Shown here: piece by piece, positions 49,321 through 57,590 of the stretch
How positions within the stretch are numbered: position 1 is the first letter of the stretch
Layout of the letters: each line of letters opens with the position of its first letter
Assembly: GCA_964540635.1 (NCBI GenBank)
Contig: CAZINP010000002.1
Location: 99,346 to 163,345 of the forward strand
From: an uncultured Gammaproteobacteria bacterium
GTDB taxonomy: Bacteria > Patescibacteriota > Patescibacteriia > Buchananbacterales > UBA6539
DNA: 64,000 nucleotides
Reading direction: 5' to 3'
Made by a program: the position numbers and the translations under genes
The notes under the pieces: generated by a model
Seen by the model: only the letters and a program-made list of their open reading frames with translations
Told to the model about the DNA's origin: nothing
Database searches by the model: none

Positions 49321-49575
49321 TTACTCCCCCTCAATTTCAAGTAATTTCCAAGTATTGGTTTTGGCATTTTTAATTTCAATTTCAGCATTTACGGCAATCG
49401 TGTTTGATGACAATAAAGCAAGGTTAAATTTAAGATTTTCCGGATTGATTTCAGCACCATGCTCAATAACAGAGCCAAGCTCCAAAACGATTTTTGTTAC
49501 TTTTTTTAATTTGTTTTCTTTGGCCTTTTCTAAAACAAGTTTTAAAATAAGGTCAGCGGCATGTAGATCGTGCAT
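49321..49575 (-). CDS. hypA: HypA-like nickel metallochaperone lacking the zinc-binding domain
   Basis: MHDL start, KVTKIVLELG, PENLKF, LLEIEGE end; 84 aa with no cysteine. Confidence 0.8.
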   Translation of the reverse strand: MHDLHAADLILKLVLEKAKENKLKKVTKIVLELGSVIEHGAEINPENLKFNLALLSSNTIAVNAEIEIKNAKTNTWKLLEIEGE

Positions 49576-50810
49576 TACTTTGCATTTTTAATTATTCTAA
49601 CTTTTTCTATTTTCTTTGGTGTTGCCTTTTCAATAACGGCAACGTAACCATTGAACTCGATTATTTCTCCCGGCTTAGGGATGCGGCCAATTTTTTCCAA
49701 AATTACAACTGAGATCAATTCTTGAGGTTTAGCCTTAATGTCAATGTTTATAAAATTCATTATTTCTTTTACTTCCGTATCAGCATCAACCAAAATTGTA
49801 TTTTTATCCAAACGTTTAATCATAAACTCATTCACATCGCTTTCATCCATTATTTGCCCAACCAGCTCCTCCAATAAGTCTTCCAAGGTTACGACACCGG
49901 ATGTTAAACCTTGTTCATCCAAAACAACTGCCATATGGATTCTTTGGCGCTGGAAATCCTTAAAAATATCATCCAACTTTCTTTGTTCCGGCACAAAATA
50001 GGCTTTATGCGAAATTACACGCAAACTTTGGTCAACCTTATTCTCATAAATAGCCTTAACAATATCAGACAGAAAAACGACGCCTGTAATATTGTCAATT
50101 GATTTGTCATAAATCGGCACGCGCGTAAATTTTTGATCCAAAAGCAACGGTATTGCGTCTTTAATTTTCAGTTCGGCCTTTAGACCAAAAATTCTTGATC
50201 TAACCGTCATCACATCATCAGCGGAAATATCTTTAAATTCCAAAACTCGCTTAATCATTTCCTTCTCTTTGTGCTCAACCACTCCTTCTTCAACGCCAAT
50301 TTCAGCTAACGAATAAAGCTCTTCTTCGCTGACTGTTGGCTCTTTCCTTGATGAGCTAAATAAACCTATAAAAATCTTATTAAGTTTTTCCAATATGCTT
50401 ACAACGGGGTAAAGAATAATATTTAAAGCATAAATTACAGGTATTACCACTAAAGCAACTTTTTCGATTTTTGTCTGAGCAAAACTCTTGGGAACAATTT
50501 CGCCAAAAATCAAGATGGCTAAAGTAATTACAAAAACCGCCAAGGCCGGACCAAGACTGCCAAGATATTGATACGCCAAAATTGAAGCCATTGATGAAGC
50601 GACTATATTAACGATATTGTTACCGATGAGCAATGTTATTAAAAGACGCTGAGGTTGAGCCTTAAGCTTTGCCAACATCTTGCCGTTGGCGCTTTTTTTC
50701 TCCAACACCTTAAGCTTAGCCGGCGGCAAGGAAAAAATAGCGCTTTCGGAGGCGGAAAAAAATCCAGAAAGGCAAACTAAAATTATTAAGATTATTATTT
50801 GTTCTAACAT
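49575..50810 (-). CDS. CNNM/CorB (DUF21-CBS-CorC) metal transporter-like protein
   Basis: SGFFSASE, LIGNNIVN, FGEIVPK, CBS pair, TLEDLLEELVG. Confidence 0.92.
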   Translation of the reverse strand: MLEQIIILIILVCLSGFFSASESAIFSLPPAKLKVLEKKSANGKMLAKLKAQPQRLLITLLIGNNIVNIVASSMASILAYQYLGSLGPALAVFVITLAILIFGEIVPKSFAQTKIEKVALVVIPVIYALNIILYPVVSILEKLNKIFIGLFSSSRKEPTVSEEELYSLAEIGVEEGVVEHKEKEMIKRVLEFKDISADDVMTVRSRIFGLKAELKIKDAIPLLLDQKFTRVPIYDKSIDNITGVVFLSDIVKAIYENKVDQSLRVISHKAYFVPEQRKLDDIFKDFQRQRIHMAVVLDEQGLTSGVVTLEDLLEELVGQIMDESDVNEFMIKRLDKNTILVDADTEVKEIMNFINIDIKAKPQELISVVILEKIGRIPKPGEIIEFNGYVAVIEKATPKKIEKVRIIKNAK

Positions 50811-50811
50811 A

Positions 50812-52098
50812 TTAATGAGTGGCACAAGAAATACATGGATCGTAGGCGCGAATTAATGTTTTAATTTTTGCGTGTAATTTTTCCTGGGGTAAATTTTTCA
50901 AGTCGGGAATATATATTTTCAAATCGTTTTCAATGTTATTTAAAAATTGTACCGTCGGTGTAATAATATCGGCTTTAATCACTTGACCGTTTTCATCAAT
51001 TCTTAACATATCAAATAAAATTCCTCTTGGCGCTTCCATGACCGAATACCCGGTTGTTACTTTATTTTTTGGATTACCGGCAGCGATTATATTTAATTTT
51101 TTATTCAAGCTTTCTTCAAATTTTATTGTCTTAATCAAATCTTTAAGGAGAATACCGGCGGTTTCCGTGGCGTGAATTAACTCAATTGCCTGGGCCAAAA
51201 TATTGTAAAACGTATTATTAATCGGAAATTCCAGCTTTATATCTCTTACAACCCTTAAAGCTTGGGGCGATAAGTTATTGTGATTAATGTTTAACCTTGC
51301 CAAAGCGCCAACCATAAAACTTTTCCCCTTAAAGTTTGCCCTTTTGGCAGCTTGCGCTAAAAGCTCATACTCGTCAATAACCTTGGAATAATTTGCGGGG
51401 GTTACTATCTTATTGCTTGAAAATTTTATATCTCCGTCATAAATGGCATACTCCTTTTTATGGTAAAGACAAGCATATTCCTGCTTTCGATAAAAATCAG
51501 GAATTGGCATCTTTAAGGCAAAAACCATTAAATCAAAGGCTGCTTCCATCGCCTCTTCCCAGGTCGACAAGAGTTCCTCAAGTTGCCTTTTTTGAGGCAA
51601 AACTTTAAACCCGCCGACTTCACATGCAATCGGGTGAATAGCGCGGCCGGCAATGGTATCCAAAATTTTTAAGGCAAAAGATCGGCTTGTAATTGCTGAT
51701 TGAGCCTGGGTCGGATGTTTTTTTATAAACTCCAAATCATCCTTAACACCATAAAAATCCGGCATTGAAAGAAAATACATGTGCAGGGCGTGACTGTGAA
51801 TAATCTGAGAAATTTCCATCAGCTTTCTAAGTTTAATTGTCTGCTCGCTTACTTTGAGATCAAAAGCATTTTCAATACATTTAATTGTATTTAATGAATG
51901 AACCACCGGACAAATTCCGCAAATTCTGGAAGTAATTATTGGTACATCATAAAATTTTCGGCCGACTAAAATACCTTCGATAAGCCTCACGCCCTCGGTT
52001 GTTTTAATGCGAGCCTCGGCGACATTACCATCCATTATATCGCCCACAAAATCGGCATGGCCCTCCATCTTAGCTAAATGATTTATAACTATTTTCAT
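50812..52098 (-). CDS. hydA: Group 3b [NiFe]-hydrogenase large (alpha) subunit
   Basis: EGH, L1 RICGICPVVH, EAPRG, L2 DPCISCATH at the very C-terminus. Confidence 0.95.
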   Translation of the reverse strand: MKIVINHLAKMEGHADFVGDIMDGNVAEARIKTTEGVRLIEGILVGRKFYDVPIITSRICGICPVVHSLNTIKCIENAFDLKVSEQTIKLRKLMEISQIIHSHALHMYFLSMPDFYGVKDDLEFIKKHPTQAQSAITSRSFALKILDTIAGRAIHPIACEVGGFKVLPQKRQLEELLSTWEEAMEAAFDLMVFALKMPIPDFYRKQEYACLYHKKEYAIYDGDIKFSSNKIVTPANYSKVIDEYELLAQAAKRANFKGKSFMVGALARLNINHNNLSPQALRVVRDIKLEFPINNTFYNILAQAIELIHATETAGILLKDLIKTIKFEESLNKKLNIIAAGNPKNKVTTGYSVMEAPRGILFDMLRIDENGQVIKADIITPTVQFLNNIENDLKIYIPDLKNLPQEKLHAKIKTLIRAYDPCISCATH

Positions 52099-52102
52099 AA
52101 GT

Positions 52103-52924
52103 TTATTTTTTTATTGCCAGACTTTTTGGCTTTTGTTGTGAACGCCATTCTTTTTCGGCCTGTAAAACCCAATCATCTTTTACGCCAAAAACTTCTAAAA
52201 CTTTTTTTATCTCAGCTGACGAATGATTATTTATAAAACAATTATTTACAAATTTATCAACGTCCGGCTCTTCCAAAAGGCCGCGACAACCCCAACATGC
52301 TTGCTTTGAATTACAGCAAACCGCATTACACCCACCCAAAGTTATTGGACCGCAACAAAGTTCGCCTTTTTGCAATAAACATTCATTGCCGTTGATTTGA
52401 CACTCCAAGCAAACCGGATTTTGAGGAATCCCCGGTTTTTTACCCGCTAAAATTTGCAAAAGAATATTTAAAAATTCTTCACCATTGATTGGACAGGTTG
52501 GAATTGTAAAATCAACTTTTACGATGTCCTTGATTGGCAAGATATCAAGATTGTCCAATAGTTCACCGTGCTCATAAACGCTACCAAGAGCTTTATAGCG
52601 ACCGATCCAGTTTTTCATTCTATGAACCCCGCCGGTATGAGCGCAATTACCCAAAACAATCAACATTTTTGAAACCTTTCTTAATTCCTTAAGTGCTTTT
52701 AGATTATTTTTGGTAACAGCCGATCCTTCAATAAAGCATATGTCATAAGGGCCAATTGTTTCCGGGTCTTCCTTGGCAAAACGCCAATGAACCAAGTCAA
52801 TGCGTTTAGCTAATTTTAAAAATTTTTCGCCCAAATCTAAAATGGCAAACTCACAACCCTCGCAGCAAGTTAGGCCAACTATGGCAACTCTTGGCTTTTT
52901 GTTTTTTTGAATATTTTTTTTCAT
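52103..52924 (-). CDS. hydD: Group 3b [NiFe]-hydrogenase small (delta) subunit
   Basis: TCCEGC, IEGS, GNCA..GG, PTCP, VCLEC, CCGPIT..GC, CWGCRG. Confidence 0.92.
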   Translation of the reverse strand: MKKNIQKNKKPRVAIVGLTCCEGCEFAILDLGEKFLKLAKRIDLVHWRFAKEDPETIGPYDICFIEGSAVTKNNLKALKELRKVSKMLIVLGNCAHTGGVHRMKNWIGRYKALGSVYEHGELLDNLDILPIKDIVKVDFTIPTCPINGEEFLNILLQILAGKKPGIPQNPVCLECQINGNECLLQKGELCCGPITLGGCNAVCCNSKQACWGCRGLLEEPDVDKFVNNCFINNHSSAEIKKVLEVFGVKDDWVLQAEKEWRSQQKPKSLAIKK

Positions 52925-53005
52925 ATTTTTACTTGACACAAATCTGCATTAAGAGCAAAATTTAAACAAATTGGGATAAGGAAAAAACCGAAAGGGACAG
53001 AAAAA

Positions 53006-53560
53006 ATGTACAAACACATCCCGAATATAATCACCGCCACGAGGTTGATTGCATCTCTGCCGCTGGCGGCTATAGCCTTTGTCGCCAACAAGTCCCCGCA
53101 AATCCACCTGGCAATTACCCTGGCCGTAATTCTTCTGACGATTTCGGATACGCTAGATGGCCAACTTGCCCGGAGGTGGAAGTGCACTTCCAAATTTGGG
53201 GAAAAATGGGATCCGATTGCCGACAAATTGGCGATCACACTTTTTATCCCATTGGTCTTTTTTAAAATGATCGGAATCTTTCCGGTTATCATCATCGTTT
53301 TACGCGATGCCCTTTCCTCAATCCTGAGACTAGCTGTAAATCAAGCAGTGCCGGCCAGGCTCTCAGGTAAAATCAAAACGGTTGTCAATCTAAGCTTCAT
53401 GTGCTTACTGTTTGCGGCCATTCCGGTTGAAAACGGATACCTGGAGCGGCTGTCAAAATTGCAACCAAATCTTTACTGGATTTCAGGCATATCAATCTCT
53501 GTTGTTTGCCTCTGGTCCGGTTGGGATTACATCAAAGCTCTTTGCTTAAACCAGAAATGA
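53006..53560 (+). CDS. CDP-alcohol phosphatidyltransferase (PgsA-like)
   Basis: IPNIITATR, DTLDGQLARR...G...DPIADK signature. Confidence 0.9.
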   Translation: MYKHIPNIITATRLIASLPLAAIAFVANKSPQIHLAITLAVILLTISDTLDGQLARRWKCTSKFGEKWDPIADKLAITLFIPLVFFKMIGIFPVIIIVLRDALSSILRLAVNQAVPARLSGKIKTVVNLSFMCLLFAAIPVENGYLERLSKLQPNLYWISGISISVVCLWSGWDYIKALCLNQK

Positions 53561-53577
53561 CACTGTCATTTCTTTTT

Positions 53578-54369
53578 TTAATTCAAAAGCGATAAATTAT
53601 AACGCGTCCATTTTTCCAAATTATCAACTTGTTTTTTCTCAAGTTTATCGCAAACCCAACCCCAGTGAATTGAAACCCAATCCCCAACCTTTAAATCTTT
53701 GATAAACGACTTATTCTTAATTTCCAGCCAAACACTTTTTTTCTGTCCTTGATTTAAAATAACTTTATCTAAAACTACGGACAACGAAGGCGAAATAACT
53801 TCGATTTTTTTCGTAAAATTTATTGTCTCTTTATCGCCTGAAAAAATATCTTCGGGCAAACTGACGATTTTACCCCAACCGATTCTGCATTCATCCATGG
53901 TTTTTAGGGTATGTTCAATCGGGTAATGACCGGTGCGCTTGGGTATATTAAAAACATGAAAACTGTGATGCGGTTTGGCGCCAAGGGGAATTTTTCCAAA
54001 AACTTTTTCCAATTGAGCCGGTTTTAATTTTTTCTTTAAGTGCTGGGCGTCAACCAAATAACGATAGAAATTATTCATGGAAATATTTTCCAAAAGCTCA
54101 TTGCCCAACCAATAAGCCTCAACCACCCTATAATCAAAAGGATCAACAATCTTATTGGCTTCGGCAATCAATCGCAAATAAGGATACATCGTTTCAAACT
54201 CAACCAACATTTCTTTTAATCCGTCATCACTTACGCCTTGGGCCGCATATTCAAACAGTTCGGCATTGCTATCTCCGCCGCAATAACGAAGCCGATTGGG
54301 CATAAAAGCGTATCGCGCGGCCAATAAAGCACCGTCCGCTTGACCAACCATATCTGTTTCAAAAGACAT
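53578..54369 (-). CDS. DUF6390-like hydrogenase-associated protein with HypC-like C-terminus
   Basis: ARYAFMPNRLRYCG, VVEAYWLGN, PHHSFHV, ECRI, VGDWVSIHWGWVC; family name from memory, not from a search. Confidence 0.7.
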   Translation of the reverse strand: MSFETDMVGQADGALLAARYAFMPNRLRYCGGDSNAELFEYAAQGVSDDGLKEMLVEFETMYPYLRLIAEANKIVDPFDYRVVEAYWLGNELLENISMNNFYRYLVDAQHLKKKLKPAQLEKVFGKIPLGAKPHHSFHVFNIPKRTGHYPIEHTLKTMDECRIGWGKIVSLPEDIFSGDKETINFTKKIEVISPSLSVVLDKVILNQGQKKSVWLEIKNKSFIKDLKVGDWVSIHWGWVCDKLEKKQVDNLEKWTRYNLSLLN

Positions 54370-54377
54370 ATATTAAA

Positions 54378-55280
54378 CTAAATACTATTTTCAGACTTTT
54401 TATCCTTATATTGAGAAGCAAAAATAAATACCAATAGGCAGGAAACGATAATAATTAGCCCATAAAATTTTTCAAGGGATAAAATTTTATGACTCACAAA
54501 AACCGAATTCAAAATTGTGGTAATCGGTGAAGCCAAGACCAAAATGCTAGAGACAACGTTTGCCGGTAATTTTTTTAAAGCCGAATACCAAGTTATAATA
54601 TAACCCATCAAAAATAATGAGACCAATAAAAGCCAAGGCATTTGCTGTAAATTTAAATTAAAGGTCCCAGCAATATTATTTGTTGCCGCTAAAAATACAA
54701 TAATAAAACATGAACCAAAAAACATTCTTGCCCAAGCTAAAATTAACGGATCAATTGTTTGTAACATTTTTTTTGCCAAAATTGTTTCTATTGCCCAAAA
54801 TAAAGTTGCAAACAAAATTAAAGTTTCTCCCATCCCCCAGCTCAAACCTTTAAAACTTTCAAAAATTATATTACCTAAAAGCAGGACGCCCAAAGCTATA
54901 AATTGTAACCCGGAAATTTTTTCTTTTAATAAGGGCAAAGCTAAAAGTGCCACCCAAACAAATAAAGTTTTATGAATAAAAGAAGCAGAGACAGCCGAAG
55001 TTAGGCTTAAGCCTTTAAAAAAAAGTAAAAAAGGGATACCGCCGCCAACTAAACCAATGAGCAACAATTTGAACCAATCAGAATAACTCATTTTTTTTAA
55101 TTTTGGCAAAACCATCAACCCCACAATTACAACCGATATGATTATGGCAACAAGTCCGTTCTTTAAAAATGTGTACTGAAACGCATCCTTGCCCAAAGCC
55201 TGCATCGCAAACTTATTAAAAAAGTTGGCCAGGCCGGAAATCAACGTCGTAATTAAAACTAGATAAATTCCTTTTTTCAT
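54378..55280 (-). CDS. EamA/DMT family transporter
   Basis: About 10 TM in two repeats, FFKGL...ASFIHK...LLKEKI. Confidence 0.88.
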   Translation of the reverse strand: MKKGIYLVLITTLISGLANFFNKFAMQALGKDAFQYTFLKNGLVAIIISVVIVGLMVLPKLKKMSYSDWFKLLLIGLVGGGIPFLLFFKGLSLTSAVSASFIHKTLFVWVALLALPLLKEKISGLQFIALGVLLLGNIIFESFKGLSWGMGETLILFATLFWAIETILAKKMLQTIDPLILAWARMFFGSCFIIVFLAATNNIAGTFNLNLQQMPWLLLVSLFLMGYIITWYSALKKLPANVVSSILVLASPITTILNSVFVSHKILSLEKFYGLIIIVSCLLVFIFASQYKDKKSENSI

Positions 55281-55285
55281 CCCGT

Positions 55286-55486
55286 TTAAGAATTATTTAA
55301 TAAATTACTTATTTCCCTTGCTTCTTTGGCAGAAATTTTAGAAATTGCCAAATTAGCATTAACTAAAACCCAATCGCCCACCTTGGCATTTTTAATCAGA
55401 GAAACATTGACTTCGCGCTTATCGCTTAATTTTGCCAGATTATCTTGACATATTTTTTCAATTTTTAAAGGCACTGTCAGGCACAT
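55286..55486 (-). CDS. hypC: HypC/HybG/HupF family chaperone (His replaced by Asn)
   Basis: MCLTVP start, KVGDWVLVNANLAISKIS. Confidence 0.85.
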   Translation of the reverse strand: MCLTVPLKIEKICQDNLAKLSDKREVNVSLIKNAKVGDWVLVNANLAISKISAKEAREISNLLNNS

Positions 55487-55489
55487 ATA

Positions 55490-55792
55490 TTATTTTTTGG
55501 CTTTTAGAAATTGATTTTGAACAATAATTAGAAAATTAAAGAAAACAACAATCATAATAAATACAGCAGCCACACCTAAAATTCCGGCAAAACCAGAAGC
55601 TAACAGGTCATTTTGCAATCCAGGTATTGCGTATTCACTAAACAAACCCGGCAAGTAATTATTTGCCTGACCAATAAAACCAAGTTTTTCGGCAACATAT
55701 TCTAAGCCATCAGGAAAAGATGAGGCAAAAAGAGAAATAAAGCCGGCGCTAAAAACGCTAAAAATAAGAATTACACTATTTCGTCGATTCAT
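55490..55792 (-). CDS. PDGLE-domain protein (NikN-like ECF component)
   Basis: FASSFPDGLEYVAEKLGF between two TM helices. Confidence 0.9.
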   Translation of the reverse strand: MNRRNSVILIFSVFSAGFISLFASSFPDGLEYVAEKLGFIGQANNYLPGLFSEYAIPGLQNDLLASGFAGILGVAAVFIMIVVFFNFLIIVQNQFLKAKK

Positions 55793-56480
55793 AAAATAAA
55801 AATTTAACAGCTAAAATTGTTACGATTGCTTCGCCTAAACCAATAAGCATGTGTACCTTAAACATTGCCGGTAAAACCAAATTCAAACCGATTGTTTTTG
55901 ATAAAGCCAACTCAAGCGAGCACGCTGTCGCCGCCAGAACCACCGAAACCCATGATGACACAGCAATGGCAAAATATGTCTTACCCGTTTTGCGTTTGAT
56001 TAACTGATAAATATAATTTCCAGCGAAAACGCCCACCACTCCCATATTAAAAATATTTGCCCCCAAGGCCAAAATTCCGCCATCGGAGAATACAAAAGCT
56101 TGAACCAAAAGCACTGATGCAATTGCTAAAATTCCGTTCCAAGGTCCCAAAACAACAGCCGCCAAAACCGCACCCAAAAAATGTCCGGATGTTCCGTTTT
56201 GTACCGGAAAATTTAACATCTGCATCGCAAAAATAAAGGCAGCAACTAAAGCCATCTGTTCAACTTTTTTATTCAACCCGGTTTTTGGCAAAAAACCATT
56301 TAAGCTAGAATCTGAGGCAATCTTTTCTCCGGTATTTGTTTGCAACTGAAATACTGGCAATCTTACTTTGCTAAAATTTTCCTTCATAAAGTTGCCTAAA
56401 GAATTAGCCAAAAATGATGCGGACACCGACAGCAAAATAATACTTGATTGGTTTGATAGAAATTGATCGGGTAAATGCAT
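55776..56480 (-). CDS. CbiM/NikM ECF-type Ni/Co transporter substrate-binding component
   Basis: N-terminal MHLPD, GTSGHFLG, DGGILALGANIFNMG, HMLIGLGE. Confidence 0.92.
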   Translation of the reverse strand: MHLPDQFLSNQSSIILLSVSASFLANSLGNFMKENFSKVRLPVFQLQTNTGEKIASDSSLNGFLPKTGLNKKVEQMALVAAFIFAMQMLNFPVQNGTSGHFLGAVLAAVVLGPWNGILAIASVLLVQAFVFSDGGILALGANIFNMGVVGVFAGNYIYQLIKRKTGKTYFAIAVSSWVSVVLAATACSLELALSKTIGLNLVLPAMFKVHMLIGLGEAIVTILAVKFLFYESTK

Positions 56481-56484
56481 AAAA

Positions 56485-56631
56485 TTATCTAAGTCGTTTA
56501 TAGATCATGGCAATACCCAGGCCCAATAAAAACGCGGCAAAAACCACATCCCATTGAAAACCAGAGATGATACCAAACGCTTTTAAAAGCATTGCCGATC
56601 CAACGACAACTAAAATAACGCCAAAGGTCAT
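56485..56631 (-). CDS. Small 2-TM membrane protein (48 aa; DUF5668/LiaF-TM-like), not in ORF track
   Basis: Manual translation MTFGVILVVVGSAMLLKAFGIISGFQWDVVFAAFLLGLGIAMIYKRLR; stop 4 nt before the cbiM start. Confidence 0.7.
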   Translation of the reverse strand: MTFGVILVVVGSAMLLKAFGIISGFQWDVVFAAFLLGLGIAMIYKRLR

Positions 56632-56653
56632 ATTTGGAATGAATTTTTATGAA

Positions 56654-56740
56654 TTATTTCTTTTTTTTGGCCACTTTTTTGGCTTTTGGCTTGGCGGCTT
56701 TTTTCTTGGTTGAGCCGCAGCAGCATGAACAGCAAGGCAT
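56654..56740 (-). CDS. Cys-rich, Lys-rich micropeptide (28 aa), not in ORF track
   Basis: Manual translation MPCCSCCCGSTKKKAAKPKAKKVAKKKK. Confidence 0.6.
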   Translation of the reverse strand: MPCCSCCCGSTKKKAAKPKAKKVAKKKK

Positions 56741-56770
56741 AATTTATCTTTAAATTAATAATTAATTAAA

Positions 56771-57589
56771 TTAAACCGCATTAGGTATATCCTTAATTTG
56801 ATCCCAAGAAAAAACTGGACCATCCTTGCAGACATAATAAGGACCAATGGCGCAATGCTGACAAACACCAATGCCACAATACATTTTTCTTTCTAGTGAA
56901 ACTAAAATATCAGAATCCTTCATCCCCTTTTTCTTTAGATTTTCAATAACCGGTCTATACATTGCCGGCGGGCCAACAATTAAAGCAACAGTATTAGCAA
57001 AATCTTGTTTCTCGTTAAACAAAACCGTAACGACACCCGACGGACCCCTCCAGCCCTTACTTGGCTTTGCCAAAACTACGTCCAGGCCGACTTTCTTTTT
57101 CCACTGCCCATATTCTCTTTGGAAAAGCATATTATGCTCATCCTGGCAGCCATAAAAAACATCAACCTTTTTTGCCCCCAATTTGCCCTTTAAAAAATCC
57201 AGCACGATTGATCGCATAACAATAAAACCGCTGCCACCGCCGATAAGCAAAAGGTCTTTTTCTTTATAAATCTTTTCCGGCAAGCCATTGCCGAATGGCC
57301 CGCGGATCGTAACAATATCGCCAGCCTTTGCCTCAAAAAATTTTGCCGTGAGGACGCCAACTTTTCTTATCGCCAAATCAAATGTTTTTAAGTCGCTGGC
57401 GCTAGAACAAATATCAAACGCTGCTTCGCCGAAATTAAGAAAACCGGCCATTAAAAATTGTCCGTGATCAAATTTAAAACTTTTTCTTACTTTTTTGTCA
57501 ACAAATTCAAAAGTAAAAAGTTTTATGTCGTCGGTTTGCTCAACAATTTTTTTTATTTTAGCTAGCTGTGGCAAATAGGGATTAAACAT
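56771..57589 (-). CDS. hydG: Group 3b hydrogenase gamma subunit (FAD/NAD(P)-binding, 2Fe-2S)
   Basis: IRGPFGNG, IGGGSG, VGPPAMY, SLERKMYCGIGVCQHC...VCKDGPVF. Confidence 0.92.
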   Translation of the reverse strand: MFNPYLPQLAKIKKIVEQTDDIKLFTFEFVDKKVRKSFKFDHGQFLMAGFLNFGEAAFDICSSASDLKTFDLAIRKVGVLTAKFFEAKAGDIVTIRGPFGNGLPEKIYKEKDLLLIGGGSGFIVMRSIVLDFLKGKLGAKKVDVFYGCQDEHNMLFQREYGQWKKKVGLDVVLAKPSKGWRGPSGVVTVLFNEKQDFANTVALIVGPPAMYRPVIENLKKKGMKDSDILVSLERKMYCGIGVCQHCAIGPYYVCKDGPVFSWDQIKDIPNAV

Positions 57590-57590
57590 T

